A stretch of 32,000 bases of DNA. Source: Acaryochloris marina S15 (GTDB lineage: Bacteria; Cyanobacteriota; Cyanobacteriia; Thermosynechococcales; Thermosynechococcaceae). Within the stretch, counting starts at the first letter, position 1. Each line of letters opens with the position of its first letter. Positions 8,029 to 16,266 of the stretch are shown here, one piece after another. The translations under genes were made by a program, and so were the position numbers. The notes beneath the pieces were generated by a model that saw nothing but the letters and a program-made list of their open reading frames with translations, was not told the origin of the DNA and searched no databases. The DNA lies in NCBI RefSeq assembly GCF_018336915.1, contig NZ_CP064923.1, forward strand, positions 5,490,001-5,522,000, given 5' to 3'.

Positions 8029-8805
8029 ATGCACTTAGAAGTTTCCCATCTGTATAAGCATTTCTCGACTCGCCAGGGGAAACTGCTCGTTCTCAAAGAT
8101 ATTAATCTGCACGTGGAGACGGGAGAGTTTGTCTGTGCTGTAGGGGCATCAGGATCTGGCAAAACCACACTTCTACGTATGATAGCGGGGCTAGACGCCT
8201 CTACCTCAGGCAAAATCATGGTCGATGGTCAGCCCGTGATTGGTCCGGGTGCCGATCGCGGCATGGTGTTTCAAAGTTACACCCTCTATCCCTGGTTGAC
8301 AGTTGCCAAAAATGTGGGATTTGGCTTAAAACTGCAGGGGGTTGCTAAGCCCCTGCGCGCTAAGCGGGTGGCTGAATATCTAGATGTGGTGGGATTGACC
8401 CAGTTTGCCGATGCTTATCCCAGAGAGTTGTCAGGGGGGATGAAGCAGCGAGTTGCCATTGCCCGAGCATTGGCCTCACAACCCAAAGTATTACTGATGG
8501 ATGAGCCGTTCGGAGCATTGGATGTGCAAACGAAAGAAACCATGCAGCAGTTTTTGCTGAATTTATGGCGACGAACCGGCACCAGCATCTTAATGATTAC
8601 CCATGACGTAGACGAAGCTATTTTCCTGTCACAGCGCATTTACGTGCTCACGGCTCGCCCTGGTTCGGTCCAGCGAGAGATCTCGATTAACCTACCGACG
8701 GAACGGACTTACGCCGTCAAACGTCAGCCCTTATTTCAAGACTATCGAGATGAAATCATGGATCTGTTGCGGGAAACCCCAGAACTCCATCCAGTGATAG
8801 AGTAA
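8029..8805 (+). CDS. ABC transporter ATP-binding protein, NitT/TauT family
   Basis: Walker A GASGSGKTT, signature LSGGMKQR, Walker B LLMDEPF, H-loop ITHD. The ATG is 9 nt after the permease stop. Confidence 0.9.
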   Translation: MHLEVSHLYKHFSTRQGKLLVLKDINLHVETGEFVCAVGASGSGKTTLLRMIAGLDASTSGKIMVDGQPVIGPGADRGMVFQSYTLYPWLTVAKNVGFGLKLQGVAKPLRAKRVAEYLDVVGLTQFADAYPRELSGGMKQRVAIARALASQPKVLLMDEPFGALDVQTKETMQQFLLNLWRRTGTSILMITHDVDEAIFLSQRIYVLTARPGSVQREISINLPTERTYAVKRQPLFQDYRDEIMDLLRETPELHPVIE

Positions 8806-8812
8806 GGCTCAA

Positions 8813-9343
8813 CTATCCAGGTTGCCGCTCTAGGGTGGCTTCCATCGTATTGAGAAGATAATGCTCGCTCATCATGCCGCTCGATAAACGATAGCTATTA
8901 TCGGCAATGCGATGAATCGTTTCAAAACCACTACGGCGATCGCGATCGCCTAATACCCAAAACCGCTGGACAATAGATTCGGGACCAATCCAGCCTTCCC
9001 CTTCTACTTGGCCCAATTGGCTATGTTTGAGGACGTAAGTATACCGCTGGTCGTTACTGCCTAAACGTCCCCGATACTGCATGATAATTTCTGAGGTACC
9101 TTGACGGGCCACCGCCGACTCTTCAGGAAACAAAAGCTTGGTCGCCATGGTAAACCAGCTATCACAGTTCCATGCCACCAGGGTGCGGCCATGGATGGCA
9201 ACGGGATCTTGGTTACGTTCCATCCAAGTCCCTTTGAAAGTCCATCGGCCCGCATCTAATAAGAAGGTGTGAGCCGCAGCGCCTTTTTTCTCTGGCATTT
9301 CGTTAATGTAGGTGAATCTTTGTCCTTCTCTTAGGATGCCCAT
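8813..9343 (-). CDS. hypothetical protein (176 aa), no motif recognised
   Basis: Clean ORF 17 nt downstream of anmK on the same strand. Soluble-looking composition. The alternative-frame ORFs here are shorter. Confidence 0.6.
   Translation of the reverse strand: MGILREGQRFTYINEMPEKKGAAAHTFLLDAGRWTFKGTWMERNQDPVAIHGRTLVAWNCDSWFTMATKLLFPEESAVARQGTSEIIMQYRGRLGSNDQRYTYVLKHSQLGQVEGEGWIGPESIVQRFWVLGDRDRRSGFETIHRIADNSYRLSSGMMSEHYLLNTMEATLERQPG
8936..8949. repeat. tandem overlapping HIP1 octamers (GCGATCGCGATCGC)
   Basis: Two overlapping copies of the cyanobacterial highly iterated palindrome GCGATCGC. Single copies recur throughout the window. Confidence 0.9.
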
Positions 9344-9360
9344 TGGGTCAATCGTCTGGA

Positions 9361-10500
9361 TCAGACGAGGTGTAATTCTCCCAAGAGAACAGGGCCTTTT
9401 GCCCCGGTCACTGTGGGGACATTACCAGGGATTTTCAGCTGCCGCCAATAGGCCAATACCGCAAATGCGATCGCTTCTTTGGCATCAGCACTCAACCCTA
9501 AATCATCCGCTGTCAGCACGGGGCTACTCCCCACACGCTGTTGCAGGCACTGCCGTAAATACCCATTACGACTACCGCCCCCACACAGAACCACCTGATC
9601 AGGCGGATGGGGCAAAAACTGGTCGTAGTTGTAAACGATGGTTGCTGCCGTAAAGTCCGTCAGGGTAGCGAGCATATCGGCTGGACTGAGCTGATAGAGT
9701 GCCGCTGTTTGTAAACAGGTCTGCAAATAATCGGGGCTAAACAACTCTCGCCCCGTAGATTTAGGAGGTGGCTCTAGGAAAAAAGGATGCCGCAGCCATT
9801 CCTCAATCAGGGGCTGACAAGGCGTCCCCTGGGCAGCCCAGGCCCCATCGGCATCGTAGGTCAGTTCTCCTTTAGAAAAGTGAGCAACAGCCAAATCCAT
9901 CAAAACATTGGCAGGGCCTGTGTCCCAGCCTTTGACACCGACCCCCAGTTGGTTCCCATCCGCTAAGGGGGGCAGATAGGTAACGTTGCCAATACCGCCC
10001 ACATTTTGCACACAGCGGTAGAACTCGGGATGGCTGAGTAAACAAATATCCAGTTTGGAGACGAGGGGAGCGCCCTGACCGCCTGCTGCCATATCAGCGA
10101 CGCGAAAATTACTGACCGTATTGATGCTGGTTTGATAGGCAATCACAGCTCCCCGCCCCAATTGGAGGGTATAGCCCAGATTGTCTTGCGGGGGACGATG
10201 GAACACGGTTTGGCCGTGGGACCCAATCAGTTCGGCGGTCGGCGTTGCATCTGCCTGAATGGCTTGGGCCGCTTGAGAAAATTGAGTTGCGATCCCATCA
10301 TCCAGTACTGCCACCTCTTCGATACTCAAAGGCTGTCCCGCGCAAACCGCTAGAATTTGATCTCGGAGGGCATCGGGATAGGGATAGGTCTGGGACGCAA
10401 TCAGATCGACCTGTAAGTCTAGTTCCTGGCCGGAAATATCAACGAGGGCGGCATCAATGCCATCAACGGAGGTACCGCTCATCAAACCAATTACACGCAT
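9361..10500 (-). CDS. anmK: anhydro-N-acetylmuramic acid kinase
   Basis: 379 aa. The N-terminus [22 protein letters not shown] and overall length are characteristic of AnmK. The start is 2 nt downstream of the kinase gene stop. Confidence 0.9.
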   Translation of the reverse strand: MRVIGLMSGTSVDGIDAALVDISGQELDLQVDLIASQTYPYPDALRDQILAVCAGQPLSIEEVAVLDDGIATQFSQAAQAIQADATPTAELIGSHGQTVFHRPPQDNLGYTLQLGRGAVIAYQTSINTVSNFRVADMAAGGQGAPLVSKLDICLLSHPEFYRCVQNVGGIGNVTYLPPLADGNQLGVGVKGWDTGPANVLMDLAVAHFSKGELTYDADGAWAAQGTPCQPLIEEWLRHPFFLEPPPKSTGRELFSPDYLQTCLQTAALYQLSPADMLATLTDFTAATIVYNYDQFLPHPPDQVVLCGGGSRNGYLRQCLQQRVGSSPVLTADDLGLSADAKEAIAFAVLAYWRQLKIPGNVPTVTGAKGPVLLGELHLV

Positions 10501-10502
10501 GC

Positions 10503-12938
10503 TTACCCTTCTCCCAAAGAACGTAGAACACTGAGAACGTCGTTGTAACTCCCCGTTCGGCCTTGTGCAGCATAGAGATCGGCTGCTTTTTTTAGATCCG
10601 CAATGGCTTCCTTGCGTTTGTTTTGCACCGAATAAAGCAAGCCCCGTTTATAGTAATCTTCAGCCGCATCTGGCTTAATTCGCAGGGCATCACTGAGATC
10701 GCTTAAAGCCCCATCTAAATCTTTGAGCTGGATCTTGGCACTGGCACGGTTAGAGTAAGCCGCTTGACTCCGCACCTCACTGTTGCGAGTGTCATTAATT
10801 TTGATCGTGCGCCCATAGTCTTGGATCGCCTTTTCATACTGCTTTAATCGCAGATAAATATTGCCCCGCACCGTATGTAGGGCAGCACTGCTGGGGTTAA
10901 TCCCTAAGCCTTTGTTGCAGTCTTCGAGGGCGCGCTGTAGTTCATTGAGGGAAAATAAGGCCCCACAACGATTATTGAGGACAAAGGGATCTTTAGGATT
11001 AATGGCAATGGCGCGATCATAATCTTTGAGTGCACCTTCAAAATCCGCTGGCTGACCTTGGTAGGCACGCAGTTCACCCCTCAGCAAATAGGCGTTGGTA
11101 GAGTTGGGATTAATCTTTAGAGCCTGATCAAAGGATTTACGAGCTTGCTCGATTTCACCCTGTTCATAGAAGACACCTCCCAGATTGGTATGGGCACGGG
11201 TGAGCTGAGGGTTAATGCTCAGAGCCTGATTGTAATCTGCGATCGCATCTTGTTTTTGATTCAACCTAGAGTTGGCATAGCCCCGACTCGTATAGTCTTT
11301 CGCCGTTCGTACTGACAGTTCTAGGGCGCGTTCCCAGTCTTGTTCTGCTCCATCTTGGTCCCCCAGAACCGAACGATAGCTACCTCGGTTCACATGGGCT
11401 GATAAATGATTGGCATCCGCTTGGATAGCCTTATCTAGTTCTTTGACCGCCGCTTCCAGCTTCCCCTGGACAAAAAATACAGAGCCTAAATTGAGATAGC
11501 CTTGGGCCTGGTTGGGTTGGAGACGAATGGCTTGACGATAATCGGCAATGGCCTCCTCATACTTACCCATTTCTACCTGGGCATCTCCCCGATGGTTATA
11601 AGTTTCCGCATCCTTGGAGTCGAGAGAAAGGGCTTCGTTATAGTCTGCGATCGCAGTTTGGTATTCCCCAGTGGCAAAGTGAATTTCGCCTCGTTCTCGA
11701 TAGGCCGCTGCGGTTTCTGGCTGCTGCTCTAACAAGGTATCGAACTGGGCGATGGCGTCCGGGTATTTTCCAATCTCACCATAGGTTTCGCCTAATTTAA
11801 GCGCTGCTTCGGTGTAATCATCTTTTAGCGCTAAGGCCTGTTCAAAATTCTCCGTGGCAGACCGCCAGTTCCCCGATTGGGCCGCCTGCTGACCCCAGAA
11901 ATAATGCCATTGGGGACGGAAGAGAAAAAAGAGACTTGTGGATGCGATCGCAACGCCACCCACCCCTAACCCAATCCACTTCAACCGCCGTTTAGGCTGC
12001 TGGGTCTGGAGCGCAGGCTCAGCCGGAGAGGGCTCAGGGACTGCTGGCGGAGGTGAAGGGGCTGCAGGAGCAACTTCATCTTCAGCCGAGGGATGGGAGA
12101 GCACCGTGCTGGCTTGAGCCACAGACTGTAATGCCGTTCGCATAGCTGCCACCGTGGCAAACCGATGTTTCGGATGGGGTTTAACCAGTTGATCCAGCAA
12201 ACTTCTAAAGGGGGAGCTCAGATGCTGGCAATCCTGCTTCCACAGCAATCGTCCCGTCGCACTATCCGTTTCAAACTGATCGGGGAACTTGCCCGTCAGC
12301 AAATAAATCGCCGTTAAACCCAAACTATATAGATCGCTGGCAAACGTAGGTCGCCCCGCTGCCTGCTCTCTGGGCATAAAGCCAAGGGTGCCAATTACAA
12401 TCGAGCGACTGGGCTGTCCTTGAGCATTGATTTGGGTAGCCATCACTTCCTTGACGGCACCAAAATCAATCAGACAAGGCTGTTGATCAGCATTACGAAC
12501 AATAATATTGTCGGGTTTAATATCTCGGTGAATAATGTTGTGGCCATGAATGTAATTGAGCACATTGATAATCTGATAAAGCAGCTTGATCACCTCTGCT
12601 TCATTCAGTGAGCCTTGGGCGGTGACAATTTCCGTGAGGGTCTGGCCTTCAATCCATTCCTGCACCAAATTAAATTGCCCAGTTTCTTCAAAGTAAGCAA
12701 ATAGATCGGGAATTTGAGGATGCCCTTGGCCAATTCGTTCTAAGATGGCCGCTTCTCGCTGAAATCGTTCTAAAACAATTTTCTGCACCCGATCATTGTT
12801 AAGCACAGGTTTGAGCTGTTTAATCACACAAAATCGCCGAGATGGCATTTGCTCATCTTCAGCTAAGAAGGTTTTACCGAATCCCCCTTCATTTAATGCC
12901 TTGAGGATACGATATCGGCCATTAACAAGTCCTACCAT
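10503..12938 (-). CDS. membrane-anchored Ser/Thr protein kinase with C-terminal TPR repeats
   Basis: Hanks kinase motifs: [32 protein letters not shown]. These are followed by a Pro-rich linker, one TM segment ([20 protein letters not shown]) and ~12 TPR-like repeats. Confidence 0.9.
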   Translation of the reverse strand: MVGLVNGRYRILKALNEGGFGKTFLAEDEQMPSRRFCVIKQLKPVLNNDRVQKIVLERFQREAAILERIGQGHPQIPDLFAYFEETGQFNLVQEWIEGQTLTEIVTAQGSLNEAEVIKLLYQIINVLNYIHGHNIIHRDIKPDNIIVRNADQQPCLIDFGAVKEVMATQINAQGQPSRSIVIGTLGFMPREQAAGRPTFASDLYSLGLTAIYLLTGKFPDQFETDSATGRLLWKQDCQHLSSPFRSLLDQLVKPHPKHRFATVAAMRTALQSVAQASTVLSHPSAEDEVAPAAPSPPPAVPEPSPAEPALQTQQPKRRLKWIGLGVGGVAIASTSLFFLFRPQWHYFWGQQAAQSGNWRSATENFEQALALKDDYTEAALKLGETYGEIGKYPDAIAQFDTLLEQQPETAAAYRERGEIHFATGEYQTAIADYNEALSLDSKDAETYNHRGDAQVEMGKYEEAIADYRQAIRLQPNQAQGYLNLGSVFFVQGKLEAAVKELDKAIQADANHLSAHVNRGSYRSVLGDQDGAEQDWERALELSVRTAKDYTSRGYANSRLNQKQDAIADYNQALSINPQLTRAHTNLGGVFYEQGEIEQARKSFDQALKINPNSTNAYLLRGELRAYQGQPADFEGALKDYDRAIAINPKDPFVLNNRCGALFSLNELQRALEDCNKGLGINPSSAALHTVRGNIYLRLKQYEKAIQDYGRTIKINDTRNSEVRSQAAYSNRASAKIQLKDLDGALSDLSDALRIKPDAAEDYYKRGLLYSVQNKRKEAIADLKKAADLYAAQGRTGSYNDVLSVLRSLGEG

Positions 12939-12991
12939 TTATTCTGTGATGTGCTGTATTCGCCTGAACAAGCGAGATAAACCCTTTACCC

Positions 12992-13876
12992 TCATGCCGA
13001 TAGGGTAACCTGCATTCGCTTCTGTTGCCGTAAATAGCCATGCAAGATTTCAGCATCCATACCGTGGAGCATCAGCCGAAAGCCAGCATGCAGCGTAATT
13101 AACGGAATACAGGGATGACGATTGTTGACTAAGCTCAAGGCCGTCGGATCTTGTAACAACTTGCTAATGTAAATGGCGATGGTTTCATCTAGCTGCAACG
13201 AATTGGTGGCCCGCCAAAAATCATGATCGGATAAAAACAAAGCATAGACTGGTGTATACGCCTCAATGGCAGATTGCAAATCCACAAAATTAGTCCATCG
13301 TTGGCATCCAGGATTGATCTCAAATTCTCCATCCGTAATCGCGTCAAAGTTGAGGCTTTGAGGGGCCTCTAGCGTCCGATTCTCAGCCTTGAGCTTTTGA
13401 TTCAACTCAATAATAAAGTTGTAAATATTCAAATCGTGAATCAGGAAGGTATTGGCCTTCAAATCTTCTAAGCAGGTGGGGCGCAAGGATTGGGTAGACG
13501 TAATCTCGACCCCAGCATTATCGGCAATAAACTTGAGAATCTCCGTCCCAATCACGAAATGCCGCAAAATCAGATAATTACTATCGGGGGTCACAAAGTA
13601 CTTCAACCCCCAATAAATAAGCTGATGCAGCAGCCGAGACGAGCTTAACCATTCGGGGATCACGATTCGTAGTAGCTTCACCACCACAATCATCAGCTTG
13701 GCCAACGGGCGCACAAAGGGCAAAAAGATCCGGCGGGAGCGGCTGTTGTGGCCCCTCAGCAATGCCCGCTTAGATTCATCGTGAAGGGGCAAACTGGCAT
13801 CCAAATAGAGCGCCAGCCAAGGATTGGGGTCTTTGATATTAATGATTTGTTGATCAAACTCTGTCTGCCAACTCAT
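12992..13876 (-). CDS. hypothetical protein (294 aa from the ATG), third gene of the KAS III / HDO operon
   Basis: ATG at 13876 shares its A with the upstream TGA (TGATG). The track start at 13879 is a TTG one codon earlier. I recognise no catalytic motif. There is one hydrophobic stretch (FLPFVRPLAKLMIVVVKLLRIVIP). Confidence 0.65.
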   Translation of the reverse strand: MSWQTEFDQQIINIKDPNPWLALYLDASLPLHDESKRALLRGHNSRSRRIFLPFVRPLAKLMIVVVKLLRIVIPEWLSSSRLLHQLIYWGLKYFVTPDSNYLILRHFVIGTEILKFIADNAGVEITSTQSLRPTCLEDLKANTFLIHDLNIYNFIIELNQKLKAENRTLEAPQSLNFDAITDGEFEINPGCQRWTNFVDLQSAIEAYTPVYALFLSDHDFWRATNSLQLDETIAIYISKLLQDPTALSLVNNRHPCIPLITLHAGFRLMLHGMDAEILHGYLRQQKRMQVTLSA

Positions 13877-14577
13877 CAATAATGTCCTAGTTCTTCTAGC
13901 TGTAAGAGATATAACCGAGCGGTAACTTTGGCGGTGCGGACAATCGCCTCATCCATTCCTGTTATATCCAAAATTGAGCTAGCCAGCAGATCTTCGAGTT
14001 CTTGCAGATGATCTTCATCATGGGCTGCATGATAGCGATAGAACTCTAGCTGATCTGGATCGGTGATTAAGGGGTTTTCGTCTAAGGCATTGGCAAAGGT
14101 TTGGGCGAACCGCTTTCCTAAGCCCTCGATCACAAACATGGCCCCCAACAGATCGAAGGGGTTGGGCTGAGATGCCCGTTGATACATCCAGGCTGAAAGC
14201 GCTTCGGACCCAATATTTTTGTGCGCCCCTATCAATTCGGCTTTTTGGCCCCCGGAGGCTAGATAACTTTTCTCCAGCATTTGATAGTCAAGATGTTCTG
14301 TGGCCGCATGGCGGATAAAGACAGAACGCTGGTCCAGATATGGCGCTGTAATCGAAGAGGCTGCTCGGCTAATCCAGCCGCTGCCTTCCACCACCTGCTG
14401 GTAATGATCGCTAATTAAGGTGAGATAATCTGCTAGCCTGAGCTGCTGCTGCATTGCTCGGGCGACAATCGGTACTTTTAACAACCGACTTTCAAAATCG
14501 GCCCATACCATCGTTAACTGGCGCAGCACTCGCTGGGACTGGGTGACGTTGCTGTGAAGTCGAGGTTGGGTTTGCAT
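13876..14577 (-). CDS. heme-oxygenase-like fold, iron-containing redox enzyme family protein (HDO/Haem_oxygenase_2-like)
   Basis: 233 aa and predicted all-helical. Candidate metal ligands are RHAATEH, VIEGLG and HAAHDEDH (H-x3-D-x2-H, as in CADD/UndA-type diiron enzymes). The start is 4 nt after the KAS III stop. Confidence 0.65.
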   Translation of the reverse strand: MQTQPRLHSNVTQSQRVLRQLTMVWADFESRLLKVPIVARAMQQQLRLADYLTLISDHYQQVVEGSGWISRAASSITAPYLDQRSVFIRHAATEHLDYQMLEKSYLASGGQKAELIGAHKNIGSEALSAWMYQRASQPNPFDLLGAMFVIEGLGKRFAQTFANALDENPLITDPDQLEFYRYHAAHDEDHLQELEDLLASSILDITGMDEAIVRTAKVTARLYLLQLEELGHY

Positions 14578-14581
14578 GAAA

Positions 14582-15706
14582 TTACACCACTGTTAAATGC
14601 ATAAAGGCCGCAATACAGCGCCCACTTTCGGGTACAAAGCAGAGGATCCGTTGTCCAGGCTGCAAAGACTGTTGCTGAACCAGCTCCTCTAGCATGATAA
14701 AGATGGAGGCCGTCCCGGTATTGCCATAGCGTTCTAGGTTATTGAACCATTTTTCTTCCGCAATCATGGCTCCTGTGCGAAGCAGCAATCGCTTCATCTC
14801 TTCGCCTAGGGAGTGGGAAGAATAATGGGGTAAAAAATAATCGATGGCATTGGGATCCAGATCGTATTTCTCTAGCAGCTCCAGATAGTAGCCAACCCAA
14901 ACCGGAAACATGGCGTAGAGAATATCAAAGTCTTGCTTAAGGGCAATGGCACCCGCTTCATAGGCCGCCTGGGGAGATTCATATAACCCCCATCCCAGAT
15001 CGTCCGTATTGCTTTTAGCCCCGGCATACATACAGGGTGGGAACCGGTCGGCAAAGGACTTAAACTGAATCCAATCAATCCGCAAGGACACTCCATCGGG
15101 CTTAGGATTGGGCTCTAAGACTACAGCTCCTGCCCCATCGGAGAGGGTCCATCGCAAGAACTCGATTTGTGGATCGGGCCTGGCATCTTGATCGTAAAAA
15201 GGCTGATAGACCTTAGGGCGAAACCAGCGGCTCGCAAATTCACTCCCGCTCGCGACTGCCAGCTGAGACTCGCTCACTTTGACATTGAGCCAGGCATTTT
15301 TAACCGCCATCAGACTGCTGGCACAAACACTCTGAAATGAAAAAATTGCTAGCGGTGGAATACCTAGCTCACCATGGACTGCACTCGCAAACCCTGGCAC
15401 CAGATAATCCCCTTGGGTGGTACTCGTTGCTAGCAGATCCACCTGTTCGGGCTGGCAACGAGCTTGTTTAAGAGCATCATGAATGGCATTCGCCGCCATC
15501 CCTGCGTTGGTATATCGGTAGCCACCTGCTGTATCTAGGGCGTAGAAGCGCTGCTTAATCCCATTTTTGCGCAAGATAGCGGATCCTAGGGTTGAGCTAC
15601 GCTTACTAATACTGCCGATGTACGCCGCCATATCCGCGTTGGCAACGGGCTCTCCTGGCAAAAATTTGCCGACTCCAGTGATGTAAACCTCTTGGCAAGG
15701 AGACAT
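14582..15706 (-). CDS. beta-ketoacyl-ACP synthase III (FabH)-like condensing enzyme
   Basis: Thiolase-fold KAS III pattern with a candidate Cys-His-Asn triad: FQSVCASS, FLPHYSSH, YGNTGTASI. I prefer ATG 15706 (MSPCQEVYITG...) over the track TTG at 15712. Confidence 0.85.
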   Translation of the reverse strand: MSPCQEVYITGVGKFLPGEPVANADMAAYIGSISKRSSTLGSAILRKNGIKQRFYALDTAGGYRYTNAGMAANAIHDALKQARCQPEQVDLLATSTTQGDYLVPGFASAVHGELGIPPLAIFSFQSVCASSLMAVKNAWLNVKVSESQLAVASGSEFASRWFRPKVYQPFYDQDARPDPQIEFLRWTLSDGAGAVVLEPNPKPDGVSLRIDWIQFKSFADRFPPCMYAGAKSNTDDLGWGLYESPQAAYEAGAIALKQDFDILYAMFPVWVGYYLELLEKYDLDPNAIDYFLPHYSSHSLGEEMKRLLLRTGAMIAEEKWFNNLERYGNTGTASIFIMLEELVQQQSLQPGQRILCFVPESGRCIAAFMHLTVV

Positions 15707-15714
15707 GGGCAACG

Positions 15715-15741
15715 CTGACTCAGGAGTCAGTCACAGGTGAC
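15715..15741. promoter_or_regulatory. two abutting palindromes directly upstream of the KAS III-like start codon
   Basis: CTGACTC-AG-GAGTCAG (15715-15730) is followed immediately by GTCAC-AG-GTGAC (15730-15741). Function unknown. Confidence 0.25.
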
Positions 15742-16266
15742 CGGTTCATCGTCGATGCGTTCGCAGCATCTACAGCTGAATCATAGCGCTTCTCTGGTTG
15801 ACTATAAGCCAAAGAATTGAATACATTGGCTCTAGACCTTGCATGTGCCTGAGAGCAGTAAACTAAAGATATTAAGACATTGCCTCTACCAGACTTTAGG
15901 CAAGTCATTGGTACTACTCGCTACATTTATGACCTCATGGGCTGTTGTATTGTCAAAAGATGGTGAAATACAGTCAATCGGCTAATTTCTCTAGCAAACG
16001 GTCAAATCCATACTTGTTAACAGATTTACCGATTAAAGCCTATAAGTTTTAGATCAAAATGGGCACACTACAGTCATCGGTGTTGATGGAGATTTGATAT
16101 CCAGGCTATTTGCAGCAATTGTCTGTCTTAGTCGTGTCCCAGCATACAGTGAATAGCAAGTTTAGCTTGCGATCTCAGCGGTCGGGGGAGCCTGCATTGA
16201 GTTGCAGTAGGCCATCGCTTTTTTCAGCAATAGAGTCACGTCCTCTTTCGAGATGTAAGTTTTGCA

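Noticed and set aside
9312-10526. Several + strand ORFs (9312-9653, 10132-10353, 10245-10526) inside the anmK region
   Set aside because: All are antisense to the clearly identifiable AnmK ORF and have Arg/Pro/Gly-rich shadow composition.
12940-13010. 7-bp inverted repeat TTACCCT/AGGGTAA near the stop of the orphan gene as a terminator separating it from the kinase gene
   Set aside because: In the minus orientation it is not followed by a convincing U-tract, and half of it lies in coding sequence. This is insufficient to call a terminator.
15707-15712. TTG start for the KAS III-like gene as given in the track
   Set aside because: An ATG lies two codons downstream (15706) and gives a conventional start. 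The difference is trivial, but ATG is more likely.
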